This document shows, in pieces, positions 1 to 10,162 of a DNA stretch of 53,598 nucleotides. The translations under genes were made by a program, and so were the position numbers. Position 1 is the first letter of the stretch. Each line of letters opens with the position of its first letter. Source of the DNA: Planctomycetota bacterium (GTDB taxonomy: Bacteria > Planctomycetota > GCA-002687715 > DRQF01); assembly GCA_036479435.1 (NCBI GenBank), contig JAZGFI010000093.1, forward strand, positions 1 to 53,598, given 5' to 3'. Under the pieces are notes generated by a model. It saw only the letters and a program-made list of their open reading frames with translations, was not told where the DNA came from and searched no databases.

Positions 1-53
1 TCACTCGGTTCCAGCTGGTGGTCGACCTTGGCCGGATGGGATTGGGTACCCAT
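1..53 (-). CDS. Possible 5' end of a gene running off the left edge (MGTQSHPAKVDHQLEPS...)
   Basis: ATG at 53 on the minus strand, frame open to the edge, downstream of dusB. Too short to identify. Confidence 0.3.
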   Translation of the reverse strand, partial: MGTQSHPAKVDHQLEPS

Positions 54-122
54 AGGGTTTCGAACAAAGTTTCAGATCTGACTAAGTCATTTCGTCCTCC
101 TTGACTGAGCTTTCCCAGCGCA

Positions 123-176
123 CTGACTCCGTACAACCTAAAAAAGCGGGAGAATTTAGTCTGACTCCGTACAACC
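123..176. repeat. Perfect 16-bp direct repeat CTGACTCCGTACAACC x2 (123-138, 161-176)
   Basis: Read directly from the sequence; intergenic, 38-bp period. Confidence 0.9.
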
Positions 177-182
177 GCTTTA

Positions 183-1361
183 TTATCCACCCGAAGTGGG
201 GTCTTCAGCGGCAGCACCCGGAGGCGTGTCGTCTTCGAGGTTGTCGAGGTAGCCCGGCGGTAGTGAGACTTTTTGTTTCCCGGAGCTTTTGCCGCGCTTG
301 ACGCGCATCGCGCGGGGCGGAAACGGGATCGTCGGATCGACGCCGGTCAGCGCGGATTCCAGATCATCAAAAGTCTTGACACGAATGAGCTGGTTGCGAA
401 GTTCCGCAGACCCGGGGAAAGCCTTGGTGTACCAGGTACTGAACTTCCGCATCATCCGCATACCCCGTTCCGGGCCAAACCAGGCGCAGAGGCGTTGCGC
501 GTGCTCCTTCATGACGGCTAAGACTTCGCCGTAGGACGGCGGATTGTCGGGCTCGCGGCCGTCAAAAACGGCAGCGAGGTCAGCGAACAGCCAAGGTCTT
601 CCCAAACAGCCGCGGCCCACAATGACGCCATCGCATCCCGTTTGACGCATCATCCTGAGGGCATCTTGAGCTTCCCAGATGTCGCCGTTGCCGAGAACGG
701 GAATGGACAGTCGCGACTTTAGGTCGGCGATAGCCTCCCAGCGAGCTTCGCCGTCATAGAGTTCGCTCGCGGTTCGCGCGTGAAGCCCGACGGCCGCGCA
801 GCCTTCTTCCTCGCCGATCTGACCGGAGCTTCGATAGCTCAAGTAGTCGTCGTTGATGCCCATCCGAAACTTAATGGTGACCGGCACATCACCGGCGTTC
901 TGCACGACGGCCCGCACGAGTCTTCGCAACAAGTGCGGCTTCACTGGAATCGCCGAGCCACCGCCCTTTGAAGTCACTTTTCTCACCGGGCAGCCGAAGT
1001 TCATATCGATGTGATCGACCTTTCCTTCCGCCACTAAGCGCCTCGTGGCCTCGCCGAGATAGATGGGGTCAACCCCGTAGAGTTGAAGTGAGCGCGGGCT
1101 TTCGTCAGCCGCAAAATCGGACAGCTTAAGGGTCTTCTTATTGCCCTCGACGAGGGCTCGTGCCGTAATCATCTCGGAGATGTAAAGCCCAGCCCCATAG
1201 TCGCGGCAAAGCGAACGAAACGGGGCATTGGTGACGCCTGCCATCGGCGCCAAGACCACCGGTGGCCAAATCACCAGGGGGCCTAAGCTCAATGGGCTGA
1301 ACTCGCCCGGCTTAGCGGGGAGAACGTCGCGGTTCAGTTCGCTGACGTAAATCGAATCCAT
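183..1361 (-). CDS. dusB: tRNA-dihydrouridine synthase (DusB-type)
   Basis: Motifs LAPMAGVT, IDMNFGCP, LHARTA, GNGDI and GRGCLGRPWLF. Start moved to ATG 1361 (MDSIY) from the ORF-track start at 1454. Confidence 0.93.
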   Translation of the reverse strand: MDSIYVSELNRDVLPAKPGEFSPLSLGPLVIWPPVVLAPMAGVTNAPFRSLCRDYGAGLYISEMITARALVEGNKKTLKLSDFAADESPRSLQLYGVDPIYLGEATRRLVAEGKVDHIDMNFGCPVRKVTSKGGGSAIPVKPHLLRRLVRAVVQNAGDVPVTIKFRMGINDDYLSYRSSGQIGEEEGCAAVGLHARTASELYDGEARWEAIADLKSRLSIPVLGNGDIWEAQDALRMMRQTGCDGVIVGRGCLGRPWLFADLAAVFDGREPDNPPSYGEVLAVMKEHAQRLCAWFGPERGMRMMRKFSTWYTKAFPGSAELRNQLIRVKTFDDLESALTGVDPTIPFPPRAMRVKRGKSSGKQKVSLPPGYLDNLEDDTPPGAAAEDPTSGG

Positions 1362-1428
1362 AATCCTGCCGAAACCGCCGGGGCGAAAAAAGAGGCGCCA
1401 ATGGCGACGTCTCCGTGAGCCTCGGACC

Positions 1429-4212
1429 TTACTTGTTTGCGGGTAGGGGCCCAACGGCGAGGCGCAGACCGGCCCACATCAAAGGGGCAACTTGGACTTT
1501 GCTTCGCGAGTCTGGGGAAGCCAAAGCCCAGGCGCCGCGAATCACGAAACCCTCGGATTTACTGAGCACCCATTCGGCAACGTTGCCGCCAAGGTCGTAA
1601 AAAAGAACGCGATCTTGCCCCTTCCCCTTGCTGCCCGGCGGCCTTGATCCGACCCGCATCAGCCAGTTTGCTGAATGTTGGGTCATCATCTTTGTGCGCA
1701 GAACCTCCGCATCCGTTTCGCTCGGCTTGTATCCAGCCCAATAGTTGAGGGTGTTTTCAGAAGCGCCTTTCAGGGCCGAGAGTGCTTCAAACTCCTTCTC
1801 ACTGATGAAGCGCCAGGCGCGCCCGGTCTTTTCTTTCAGAAAGGAGACGTAGCCCATCGCGTCCTCGATCGAAACCCCGTTGATGGGGTAGTTTGGCAAG
1901 GTCGAAGGCAGAGCTTCAGACTTAAACGAATGCCATTGGGCATGAGTGACTTCAAAGCGCCCGATCTCAACGCCGTTCTTCCAAGGGACGGTTTCGGGCA
2001 CCAAGATTCCCGATTCGCGCTTGCCGTAGTGCGCACCATAGCAGGCGAACTTGGTCGCCGACAAAGCGATGTCCAGGGGCGATCCTTTCTTGACCGTCAA
2101 GTCTTCCGCTTCCTTTTTGTCAAAGAGGTAACGGTCAACCCAAGCCAATTCTTCCGTCAACTTGCGCCGCTGATGAGTCACTTTCCTAAGGCCATGCGGT
2201 TGACCCGGAAACAACAAAAAGCGAACTGGCGCTTTGCCGACACGGTTAAGGGCGCGAAACCACTCCCAGCCCTGTTCGGTCGGCACGGCGGTGTCTTGGG
2301 TGCCAAAGAAGATAATCGTCGGGGTGGTGACGCGCTCGACTTCGTACAAGGCCGATTTCGCGATGTAACCTTCCAAGTTCGTCCACGGCGTCCCGCCCAA
2401 GTAAAACTCATCGAAACTCGCGCCGAAACGGCAGTTGCCGTAGTCGCTAGTCCAATTCACATCCCCCGCGCCCGGAGCGCAAACTTTGAAGGTGTAGTCG
2501 AAGCCCGGGGCAAATCGATGCGCCAAGGCGACCGAGGCGATGGACAAAATTGCGCCGTTTGACCAGCCAATCACACCCATGCGCTTGCGATCGATCTTCC
2601 CCTCGTCCTCGAGCATCTTGATGCCGCTAAACATGTCGATGACTTCGAGCTCGTAGTACTTTCTCTTAATCGCTTCGCCGAAGGCGAGACCGTAGTCCGA
2701 ACTCCCGTGATAGTTGGTTTTCAGAACAAAAGCGCCACGCTGGCAGTAGAGGTTTGGCGAGTTAGCCCAACGTTCGCTAAAGCGATCACGGTCGGCGCCG
2801 TGGGGGCCACCGTGCGTGATCAATACCAGGGGGTAGCGTTTACCTTCTTCGTAGTCGTGCGGGTAGTAAACGATGCCTTCAATCTCTTCGCCGAGAGCAC
2901 CCTTCCACTTGCGGATTTCGGTCTTGGCGATGTGCTTCTTCTCAAAACCCTTGTTGGGGTGATAAAGCAATTTCGCTTCGATCAGTTCGCCGTCGACAAG
3001 ACGCGCAGTCATGACTTTGTCCGGCTCGGAGGCAGAGCCCGTTGAGTAGATCACGCGATCGCTGTTTTTTGCCTTCACGAGCCCGAAAACCCGCCCCATG
3101 TTGGCGCCCTTTAGCCGCGCGGCGCGAAAAGTGCCATCCGCCAAACGGGTATAGACTTTTTGGAATGGCGCGACACCGTTCGCCAGCGATGCCACATAGC
3201 CGTCGTCAGTGGCCAAGAAGCCACCCGAAATACCCCAGTCGTGTCCGAGGTCGAGCTCACGCAGGCTGAGGCCATCTATGGTCAACTCCGTTAGCACGGT
3301 GATCGCGGCGCTGTCTTCGCCATCAACCGTCATGCGCGGCGTCAGTGCGTAGATGCGCTTCGAGTCCTTCGTCCAAACAAAACCGCCGGGTTTTGACTTC
3401 AGAGTGGCGAACAACTCAACGGAAGTCTCGTTTGCAAGGTCGTGTAGAATGATGCCCGGTGGGATGTCGTTCTCGGCGCCGAAGTGCGGACTACGGTTGT
3501 AACGGCAGATCGCCCATTTGCCGTCGGGCGACGTGGCGAAACTCCCCAGTGGCTCTTGGCTATCGGTGAGCCGCGTGAGTTTCTTTGACTTCACATCGAA
3601 CTTAAATAGCCGGCGACGACGGTGAGTGAATAAGGTCTCGTCTTCGACGACGATGGTGTCGTCCTTCGCCACTTTCGCGGCCTCTTCAAGTCGGCTACGT
3701 CGTTCGCGAGTTGAGAGGAAAAGAGTCTGGTCATCGAGCCAGTGATAGCCCGAGACTCCGGTTGAAATCGCCGTGATAGGGCGCGCCTCGCCGCCCGCGA
3801 GGTCCAAGGTCCAAATCTGTGCCCCCTTACTGCCTTTCTTGGGCCCCTTGATACCGTCGGGGAACTTACGGCCGGTACTAAACGAAACCGACTTGCCGCC
3901 CGGCACAAATTTTACGGAGTTGATTCCCTCTTGCCCCACCGTCAAGGCGCGGTGCTTGCCGCTGGCGATGTCGGTGATCATCAAGGTGGCGATGGGTTTG
4001 TCTTTTTTCTTGTCGGGCTTGCTCTTCACCCACAGGGCCTGCTTTCCATCGTCACTGAGCGTCCAAGAGCGTGCGGACTCTTGCATCACGATGTCGTTGA
4101 CCGTCCAGGGTTTTTTCGTCGCCGGCTCTTTAGCCTGCGAGAAGGCAGTCTTCGCCCCACCCAAAGCGATCGAGAGAATGAAACATAAGGAGAAGAGTCG
4201 CAATCGCATCAT
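1429..4212 (-). CDS. Secreted S9 (prolyl oligopeptidase/acylaminoacyl) peptidase with a C-terminal FGE/SUMF1-like domain
   Basis: Signal peptide (MMRLRLFSLC...AFSQA), beta-propeller region, HGGPH, nucleophile GWSNG, Asp in QDTAVP, His in QPHG. C-terminus has GRFEVT...W, FYDLGGNVAEWV and GLRL motifs. Confidence 0.88.
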   Translation of the reverse strand: MMRLRLFSLCFILSIALGGAKTAFSQAKEPATKKPWTVNDIVMQESARSWTLSDDGKQALWVKSKPDKKKDKPIATLMITDIASGKHRALTVGQEGINSVKFVPGGKSVSFSTGRKFPDGIKGPKKGSKGAQIWTLDLAGGEARPITAISTGVSGYHWLDDQTLFLSTRERRSRLEEAAKVAKDDTIVVEDETLFTHRRRRLFKFDVKSKKLTRLTDSQEPLGSFATSPDGKWAICRYNRSPHFGAENDIPPGIILHDLANETSVELFATLKSKPGGFVWTKDSKRIYALTPRMTVDGEDSAAITVLTELTIDGLSLRELDLGHDWGISGGFLATDDGYVASLANGVAPFQKVYTRLADGTFRAARLKGANMGRVFGLVKAKNSDRVIYSTGSASEPDKVMTARLVDGELIEAKLLYHPNKGFEKKHIAKTEIRKWKGALGEEIEGIVYYPHDYEEGKRYPLVLITHGGPHGADRDRFSERWANSPNLYCQRGAFVLKTNYHGSSDYGLAFGEAIKRKYYELEVIDMFSGIKMLEDEGKIDRKRMGVIGWSNGAILSIASVALAHRFAPGFDYTFKVCAPGAGDVNWTSDYGNCRFGASFDEFYLGGTPWTNLEGYIAKSALYEVERVTTPTIIFFGTQDTAVPTEQGWEWFRALNRVGKAPVRFLLFPGQPHGLRKVTHQRRKLTEELAWVDRYLFDKKEAEDLTVKKGSPLDIALSATKFACYGAHYGKRESGILVPETVPWKNGVEIGRFEVTHAQWHSFKSEALPSTLPNYPINGVSIEDAMGYVSFLKEKTGRAWRFISEKEFEALSALKGASENTLNYWAGYKPSETDAEVLRTKMMTQHSANWLMRVGSRPPGSKGKGQDRVLFYDLGGNVAEWVLSKSEGFVIRGAWALASPDSRSKVQVAPLMWAGLRLAVGPLPANK

Positions 4213-4482
4213 CTGTCTATCCTTCACGGCGCGGATGCCTAAGATTCCCAATAGCAAGAAATTCGAGGCTAGTTCTTGAATTCGCCGTTTTAGCATAGTT
4301 GCAGCGTGGAGAATGGCCGTGCCGATCATTCGAACGCTCGAATGTGCGGAAGATTTCACCGCTTGCCTTGACCAGTCCGACCTGAGAGTACGGGAGAAAT
4401 CGGACGGGCACTGTATAGAGGTTTGGGTGAATCGGCGCTAATTTGAATCTGTCCATCAACCCCAGCAGAGGCAGCAAGTCCC

Positions 4483-6315
4483 ATGTCATCCCCTATCGTC
4501 GAATGCGTTCCGAACTTCTCCGAGGGCCGAGACAAAAAAAAGATTGAGCAGATTCTGGCTGCCATCCGTGGCGTCGAGGGCGCGGAGCTCGTCGACGTCG
4601 ATCCGGGCTTCGAAACCAACCGCACCGTGGTGACCATCGTTGGTGCGCCCGACGCGGTGTCCGAGGCCGCTTTTCGCGCGATCGCCAAAGCCGCCGACGT
4701 CATCGACATGAGCCAGCACCAAGGCGCCCACCCTCGCCACGGAGCTACGGACGTTTGCCCTTTTGTTCCCGTCGCAAACGCCACGATGGATGACTGCATT
4801 CAGCTCGCGAAGGGCCTTGGCGAACGCGTCGGCCGCGAGCTGGGGATTCCAGTATTCCTCTACGATCAGGCGGCACAGATGCCCTCGCGGCGCTCCCTGG
4901 CCGAAGTGCGTGCCGGCGAGTATGAAGCGCTGGCGGAAAAGATGGGCAAGCCCGAGTGGAAACCCGACTTTGGTCCGGCGAAATTTAGCGCTAAGGCCGG
5001 GGTCGTCACGATTGGCGCCCGGGAATTCTTGATCGCCTACAACATCAACCTCAACTCGAAGACCAAAGACCACGCCAATGATCTCGCCTTCGAATTAAGA
5101 GAAAAAGGCCGCGCCCTGCGCCGCGGCCAAGGCTCCCCTTTCTACACGAGCGGAAAACTCGTCAAGTACCGGCCTTCCAAAAACGAGTTCCCCAACCCCC
5201 ACGATGAACACATCGCGACGAGTCTTGAGGAGTTAGAGACTTATTACCGCGATTCCCTGGGATTGGATTTCCATGAAGAGCTCGCCTCCTTTGGCCGCAA
5301 TCCCGCGGAACTTGAAGGCGTCAACGTCATGAAACCCGGCTTGTTTCGCGAATGCCGCGCTGTCGGCTGGGTGATCCCCGAATACGACCGCGCTCAGATC
5401 TCGATTAACCTGACTAATTTCAAGATCACGCCGGTTCACGATGTCTTCGAGGCCTGCAGCGAGCTTGCCAATGCGCGGGGCCTAAAGGTTACCGGGTCAG
5501 AGGTAGTGGGCGTCATTCCATATCGCGCCCTACGCGAAACCGGTGAGTTTTACCTCAACCAGCAAGGATCGAGCCGTGGCCTGCCGATTCACGACGTCCT
5601 TGAGTGCGGCGTTCAGAGCTTGGGGCTACGCGAAGTGGGCGAATTCGATCTTGAAAAGTCCGTCCTCGGCGTCCCAAAACTCGACGGCGAGCTCATCTCG
5701 ATGTCCGTGCGGGAAATCGCAGACGAGGTTTCCAGGCCTTCACCGGCTCCCGGCGGCGGCTCGATTGCCGCCTTGGCGGGTGCTTTGGGTGCTGCGCTCG
5801 CGGGCATGGTCGGCAACCTTAGTTTCCAAAAAAAGGGGCTCGAGGACTTTCGCCCGGAGATGGAAGACGTGGCCATCGCCGCGCAACAGCTAAAAGAACA
5901 GCTCTTGGGCCTCGTCGACGAAGACACCGCAGCTTTCAACTCCGTCCTCACTGCGATGCGCATGTCGAAAGACAGCAAGGCCGAAAAAGCGGCTCGACTC
6001 GGGGCGATCGAAATGGGCTACAAACACGCGACTTCGGTCCCCCACCGCACCGCCGAGTTGTGCTTGGAAGCCATGCGCATTTGCAAGGCCGTCGCGGCCA
6101 ACGGTCTGAAGGCATCGATCACGGATGCCGCCGTGGGTGCCCTCATGGCGCGCGCAGGCGTTCACGGCGCGGTGATGAATGTCGAGATCAACCTCGGTGA
6201 AATCAAAGACCAGGCCTGGATCGACAACATGCGCTCGCAGCTCGGCAACTTGGGCAGCGAAGCCGACCGCCTCGAATCCGAAACGCGCGACCTCGTCGCC
6301 AAGATCCTCAGCTAA
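4483..6315 (+). CDS. ftcD: Glutamate formimidoyltransferase / formiminotetrahydrofolate cyclodeaminase
   Basis: N-terminal VECVPNFSEGRD and HQGAHPRHGATDVCPFVP; cyclodeaminase domain PAPGGGS and NVEINL. Confidence 0.95.
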   Translation: MSSPIVECVPNFSEGRDKKKIEQILAAIRGVEGAELVDVDPGFETNRTVVTIVGAPDAVSEAAFRAIAKAADVIDMSQHQGAHPRHGATDVCPFVPVANATMDDCIQLAKGLGERVGRELGIPVFLYDQAAQMPSRRSLAEVRAGEYEALAEKMGKPEWKPDFGPAKFSAKAGVVTIGAREFLIAYNINLNSKTKDHANDLAFELREKGRALRRGQGSPFYTSGKLVKYRPSKNEFPNPHDEHIATSLEELETYYRDSLGLDFHEELASFGRNPAELEGVNVMKPGLFRECRAVGWVIPEYDRAQISINLTNFKITPVHDVFEACSELANARGLKVTGSEVVGVIPYRALRETGEFYLNQQGSSRGLPIHDVLECGVQSLGLREVGEFDLEKSVLGVPKLDGELISMSVREIADEVSRPSPAPGGGSIAALAGALGAALAGMVGNLSFQKKGLEDFRPEMEDVAIAAQQLKEQLLGLVDEDTAAFNSVLTAMRMSKDSKAEKAARLGAIEMGYKHATSVPHRTAELCLEAMRICKAVAANGLKASITDAAVGALMARAGVHGAVMNVEINLGEIKDQAWIDNMRSQLGNLGSEADRLESETRDLVAKILS

Positions 6316-6408
6316 TAAATCAGCGTCAGACCGTTTTCACCACCCTGACCTTGGGGCAAAGGCTAGTGAAAATGGTCTGCCGCAAATGTTGAGGGTTTGC
6401 GGGTTTGC

Positions 6409-6750
6409 TTAGTTGTCTTCGAGGGGTTGGACGGCTCGGTATTCTTTGATGCGGTCTTGGTAGGTCGTCGCATCGAGGGCCGAGATGCCAAGGAAAAGGA
6501 TGGCGAAAAGAATCGAGGAAACGAAGATGACGATGTTCAGGGCTTTTTCGTAGCGAAGGTGCATGAAGTACATCGACACGATCACCGCCTTGACGGTTGC
6601 GATCGTCATGGCGATGGTGAGGTCCCAACGGCCCAACTCAAAACGGCTAACCCCAACCGTCACTGCCGTGAAAAAGAGAAGCAAAGCAAACACCGCAAAA
6701 AGGGTCTTCAGGCTCGAGATGTGAGAGAGGCCGTGGTCGTCGTGGCTCAT
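6409..6750 (-). CDS. ctaF: Cytochrome c oxidase subunit IV (caa3-type)
   Basis: Small 3-TM protein with IATVKA...YFMHLRYE; last gene of the oxidase cluster. Confidence 0.88.
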   Translation of the reverse strand: MSHDDHGLSHISSLKTLFAVFALLLFFTAVTVGVSRFELGRWDLTIAMTIATVKAVIVSMYFMHLRYEKALNIVIFVSSILFAILFLGISALDATTYQDRIKEYRAVQPLEDN

Positions 6751-6767
6751 GGTTTTTTAGTCCTCTC

Positions 6768-7487
6768 TTAACCTTGGATGAGGTAAAGCAACGGGAAGAG
6801 GAAAATCCAAATCACGTCGACGATGTGCCAGTAAAGCGCAACGAAGTCGACCGGCGTGAAGTACTTGTCGGTGAACTCACCCTTGAAGGATCTAATCAAG
6901 AGCCAAGTAATGAGCCCTATTCCGATTAAGACGTGAATCCCGTGCAGGCCCGTCATGCAGAAATAGATTCCGAAGAAGATGCTCAAGTTGTAAGGGGCAA
7001 CCTTCGGATCAAACGCAGAGCCATCGGGCATTTCGGTCGGCGACCAGGCACCTGGGAACAAACCGATGTGGATCTTGTGCTTATACTCAATGTACTTGAT
7101 GACCATAAAGGTCGCAGCACAGGCGAGCGTGATGGCAAGCGCAATGATGAGCCCCTTGCGCTGATTAAGCTGAGCGCAACGCACGGCCCAGGCCGCGGTC
7201 AAACTCGAAAAAATCAGGACAACCGTGTTGGTAGCACCCATGGTCGTGTCGAGATAGCCCGAAGCAAACTCGAACAAGTCAGGGTGATTGAACCGGTAAA
7301 GGGCGTAGGCAACGAAGAGCCCACTGAAAAACAGGATTTCGGTCCCAAGAAACAACCAGATTCCCATCTTCCCCGACTCGAACTGCTGTTCGGGCGTGTG
7401 GAAGTGGTGGGCCAGGTGCCACTCTTCGCCAAATTCGCTGTGGGCGTCGTGGTCGGGCTTGTCAGCCACGCTGTTAGCTGAACTCAT
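6768..7487 (-). CDS. ctaE: Cytochrome c oxidase subunit III
   Basis: WLFLGTEILFFSGLF, TGLHGIHV, LYWHIVDVIWIFLFPLLY. Confidence 0.95.
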   Translation of the reverse strand: MSSANSVADKPDHDAHSEFGEEWHLAHHFHTPEQQFESGKMGIWLFLGTEILFFSGLFVAYALYRFNHPDLFEFASGYLDTTMGATNTVVLIFSSLTAAWAVRCAQLNQRKGLIIALAITLACAATFMVIKYIEYKHKIHIGLFPGAWSPTEMPDGSAFDPKVAPYNLSIFFGIYFCMTGLHGIHVLIGIGLITWLLIRSFKGEFTDKYFTPVDFVALYWHIVDVIWIFLFPLLYLIQG

Positions 7488-7490
7488 CGT

Positions 7491-9191
7491 TCAAGCTCCC
7501 TTCACAACCTTGCGATCGACGAAGCCGCCGATCTCACGGTTGTACACCGTGTTCTCGTATTCGTAGATAGCCGGTACATCCGGCTCTTCGTGAAAGTTGT
7601 GGTGAATCGGAGGCGACTGCGTCTTCCACTCAAGGGTCGTAGCTCCCCAGGGGTTCGCCGGCGCTCTTCGACCACGCTTGATGGATCCAACGAGGTTGAC
7701 GAGCACAATGACCAGAGCCACGCCCAAGATGTAGGCGCCGATCGTGGAGGCGACGTGGAAGCTCTGATAGGCCTCTTCGATGTAGTGGTGGTAGCGGCGC
7801 GGCATGCCGCGCGAACCCATGACGAACTGGGGAAAGAAGGTCACGTTGAAGCCGATGAACACCAAAATCGCGGAGACCTTGCCCCAAAACTCGTTGTACA
7901 TCCGGCCAGATATCTTGGGCCACCAGTAATGGAGAGCGCCCAAGAAAGCGACTAGAGTTCCCCCGACCATCACGTAGTGAAAGTGAGCCACGATGAAGTA
8001 GGTATCGTGCAAGTGAATGTCGGTGGAGGTGGTTGCACAGAAAAGGCCGGTCAAGCCCCCGATCAAAAACAAGCCCATGAAAGACAAGGCGTAGCACATG
8101 GGCGACTCAAGACTGATGGAGCCCTTGTAGAGGGTCGCCAACCAGTTGAATACCTTGATGGCCGACGGGATCGCCACAGAAAAAGTGATAAAGCTGAAAA
8201 CCGTGGAGGCGATTGGAGTCTGGCCACTCGTAAACATGTGGTGGCCCCAGACGATGAAACCCAAAAAGGCGATCGCGAGACTCGACATCGCAATAAAGCC
8301 GTAACCAAAGATGTGCTTACGAGAGAAAGTTGTGAACAACTCGCTGGCCACGCCCATCGCCGGCAGCACCATGATGTACACTGCCGGGTGCGAGTAAAAC
8401 CAAAAGAAGTGCTGGAACAAGACGGGATCACCGCCCAATGAAGGGTCGAAAATTCCGATCTGCATGAGGCGCTCGGCCATCAACAACAACAAGGTGATTC
8501 CCAAGACGGGAGTGGCAAGAATCTGGATGACGCCAGTCGCGTAGATACTCCAGACGAACAAGGGCATCTGGAACCAGCCCTGCCCCTTCGAGCGCATTTT
8601 GTGGACCGTCACGATAAAATTGAGGCCGGTAAAGATCGAGCTGAACCCCAACACAAAGGCGCCGGCCGTCGCGGTCATGACAGCGGTTTGTGTCTCGATG
8701 CTATACGGGGTGTAAAAAGTCCACCCGGTATCCAACCCACCGATAAGAAGAGTCGCAACGAAAAACACGGCGCCCGTCGCCCACAGATAGAAACTCAAAA
8801 GGTTGATGCGGGGAAAGGCCACGTCCTTGGCTCCCAGCATGAGCGGCAAGATGAAGTTCCCCAGTCCCGCCGGGATACCCGGAATCAGAAACAAGAAGGT
8901 CATGATCGCGCCGTGCAGCGTGAACATTTGGTTGTAGGTGTCATTCGACCAACCAAAAAACCCATCTCCAGATAGCAACTCGGTACGTAGCGCGAGAGCA
9001 AAGGCACCGCCTAAAGCCAGGGCAAACGAAAGTCCGGCGAGGTACATCAAGGAAATGCGCTTGTGGTCGAGGGTGAAAGCCCAGGACTTAAAGCCAGTAC
9101 CAGAGCTGGCCGAAAGATAGTGGTCGCCAGCGTCCGACTGGTAATCCACCAGTTCGGTTTGAGCCGAGCTGCCTTGTTGGGATGTCGCCAT
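7491..9191 (-). CDS. ctaD: Cytochrome c oxidase subunit I, type A2 heme-copper oxygen reductase
   Basis: [23 protein letters not shown] (A2-type YSHPxV), WGHHMF, AHFHY, GMPRRY. Confidence 0.97.
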   Translation of the reverse strand: MATSQQGSSAQTELVDYQSDAGDHYLSASSGTGFKSWAFTLDHKRISLMYLAGLSFALALGGAFALALRTELLSGDGFFGWSNDTYNQMFTLHGAIMTFLFLIPGIPAGLGNFILPLMLGAKDVAFPRINLLSFYLWATGAVFFVATLLIGGLDTGWTFYTPYSIETQTAVMTATAGAFVLGFSSIFTGLNFIVTVHKMRSKGQGWFQMPLFVWSIYATGVIQILATPVLGITLLLLMAERLMQIGIFDPSLGGDPVLFQHFFWFYSHPAVYIMVLPAMGVASELFTTFSRKHIFGYGFIAMSSLAIAFLGFIVWGHHMFTSGQTPIASTVFSFITFSVAIPSAIKVFNWLATLYKGSISLESPMCYALSFMGLFLIGGLTGLFCATTSTDIHLHDTYFIVAHFHYVMVGGTLVAFLGALHYWWPKISGRMYNEFWGKVSAILVFIGFNVTFFPQFVMGSRGMPRRYHHYIEEAYQSFHVASTIGAYILGVALVIVLVNLVGSIKRGRRAPANPWGATTLEWKTQSPPIHHNFHEEPDVPAIYEYENTVYNREIGGFVDRKVVKGA

Positions 9192-10162
9192 TATTGAGGT
9201 ACCCCGTTCACGTCCTTCAAAAACGCAATGAGCGCGAGGATCTTTTTGTCGTTGAGCTGCCCGTTAAACGAGGGCATCACACCTTCGTAACCGCTGGCGA
9301 TCATTGCCTTGGGCTTGAGGACAGATTCTCGGATGTAATTTTCGTCCACAGTCACACTATCACCACCTTCAAGCGCGCGGCTTTGCCCCCAAGTCCAAAC
9401 TCCCTTGAAGCTCGGCCCGGTGCCCTTACTGCCGTCGATCGAATGACATTGGGAACAGCCATAAATGTCATAGGTGTAGGCACCGGCTTCGACGGGCGAC
9501 ATGCGATCGACGTAGTTGCCTTCTTCTTCGAGCCAAGCTTCAAAATCGGCACGGTCTTGCACAACGACCTTCGAAATCATGTCCGAGTGATCGCTGCCGC
9601 AATACTCGGCACAGAAAACGATGTGTTCATTCACTTCCGGGGCATTGAACCACATGGTGTTGAACCGCCCCGGGACGACGTCCATCTTCACCCCGAAATC
9701 CGGGATAAAAAAAGAGTGAAGGACATCCTTGGAGTTCAAGATGAGACGAATGTTCTCACCTTTCGGCACGTGCAGCTCTTTGCTGAAAGTGCCATTCGGG
9801 TAGGTATACCCGAATGACCATTTCTGAGCTTCCACTTGAATGTCGTAGGTATTCGCCGGCGGCGTCGTCATCTTCATGTAGGTCTTAAAACCAGACCAAA
9901 ACATCATCATGCACAAGATCACCGGAACGATGCTCCAGGAAATCTCGAGCAAGGTGCTGTGATGCGGGCTTGGTTCGGGATCGACACCGTCACGCCGACG
10001 GTACTTCACGACGAAATAGCCGCAAAGCCCGACGATCAAGACGAAGAAGACGATCGACACCCACAAGATGAAGTTGAAAGTCCAAATGACTTCCTTCGCA
10101 AACTCCGTCCCGGGAGGTGCAAACCAATAGGTTCCGTCGGAAGCGAAAAAGAGCGGGTTCAT
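9191..10162 (-). CDS. ctaC: Cytochrome c oxidase subunit II with fused C-terminal cytochrome c (caa3)
   Basis: CuA ligands DVLHSF and [12 protein letters not shown]; heme c motif CSQCH. Start ATG 10162 overlaps the SCO stop (ATGA). Confidence 0.95.
   Translation of the reverse strand: MNPLFFASDGTYWFAPPGTEFAKEVIWTFNFILWVSIVFFVLIVGLCGYFVVKYRRRDGVDPEPSPHHSTLLEISWSIVPVILCMMMFWSGFKTYMKMTTPPANTYDIQVEAQKWSFGYTYPNGTFSKELHVPKGENIRLILNSKDVLHSFFIPDFGVKMDVVPGRFNTMWFNAPEVNEHIVFCAEYCGSDHSDMISKVVVQDRADFEAWLEEEGNYVDRMSPVEAGAYTYDIYGCSQCHSIDGSKGTGPSFKGVWTWGQSRALEGGDSVTVDENYIRESVLKPKAMIASGYEGVMPSFNGQLNDKKILALIAFLKDVNGVPQ

Noticed and set aside
123..176. Direct repeat as a mini-CRISPR
   Set aside because: Only two 16-bp units with a 22-bp spacer, and no cas genes.
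1429..2000. FGE/C-type-lectin domain as a diversity-generating retroelement target
   Set aside because: No reverse transcriptase and no template repeat visible in the window.
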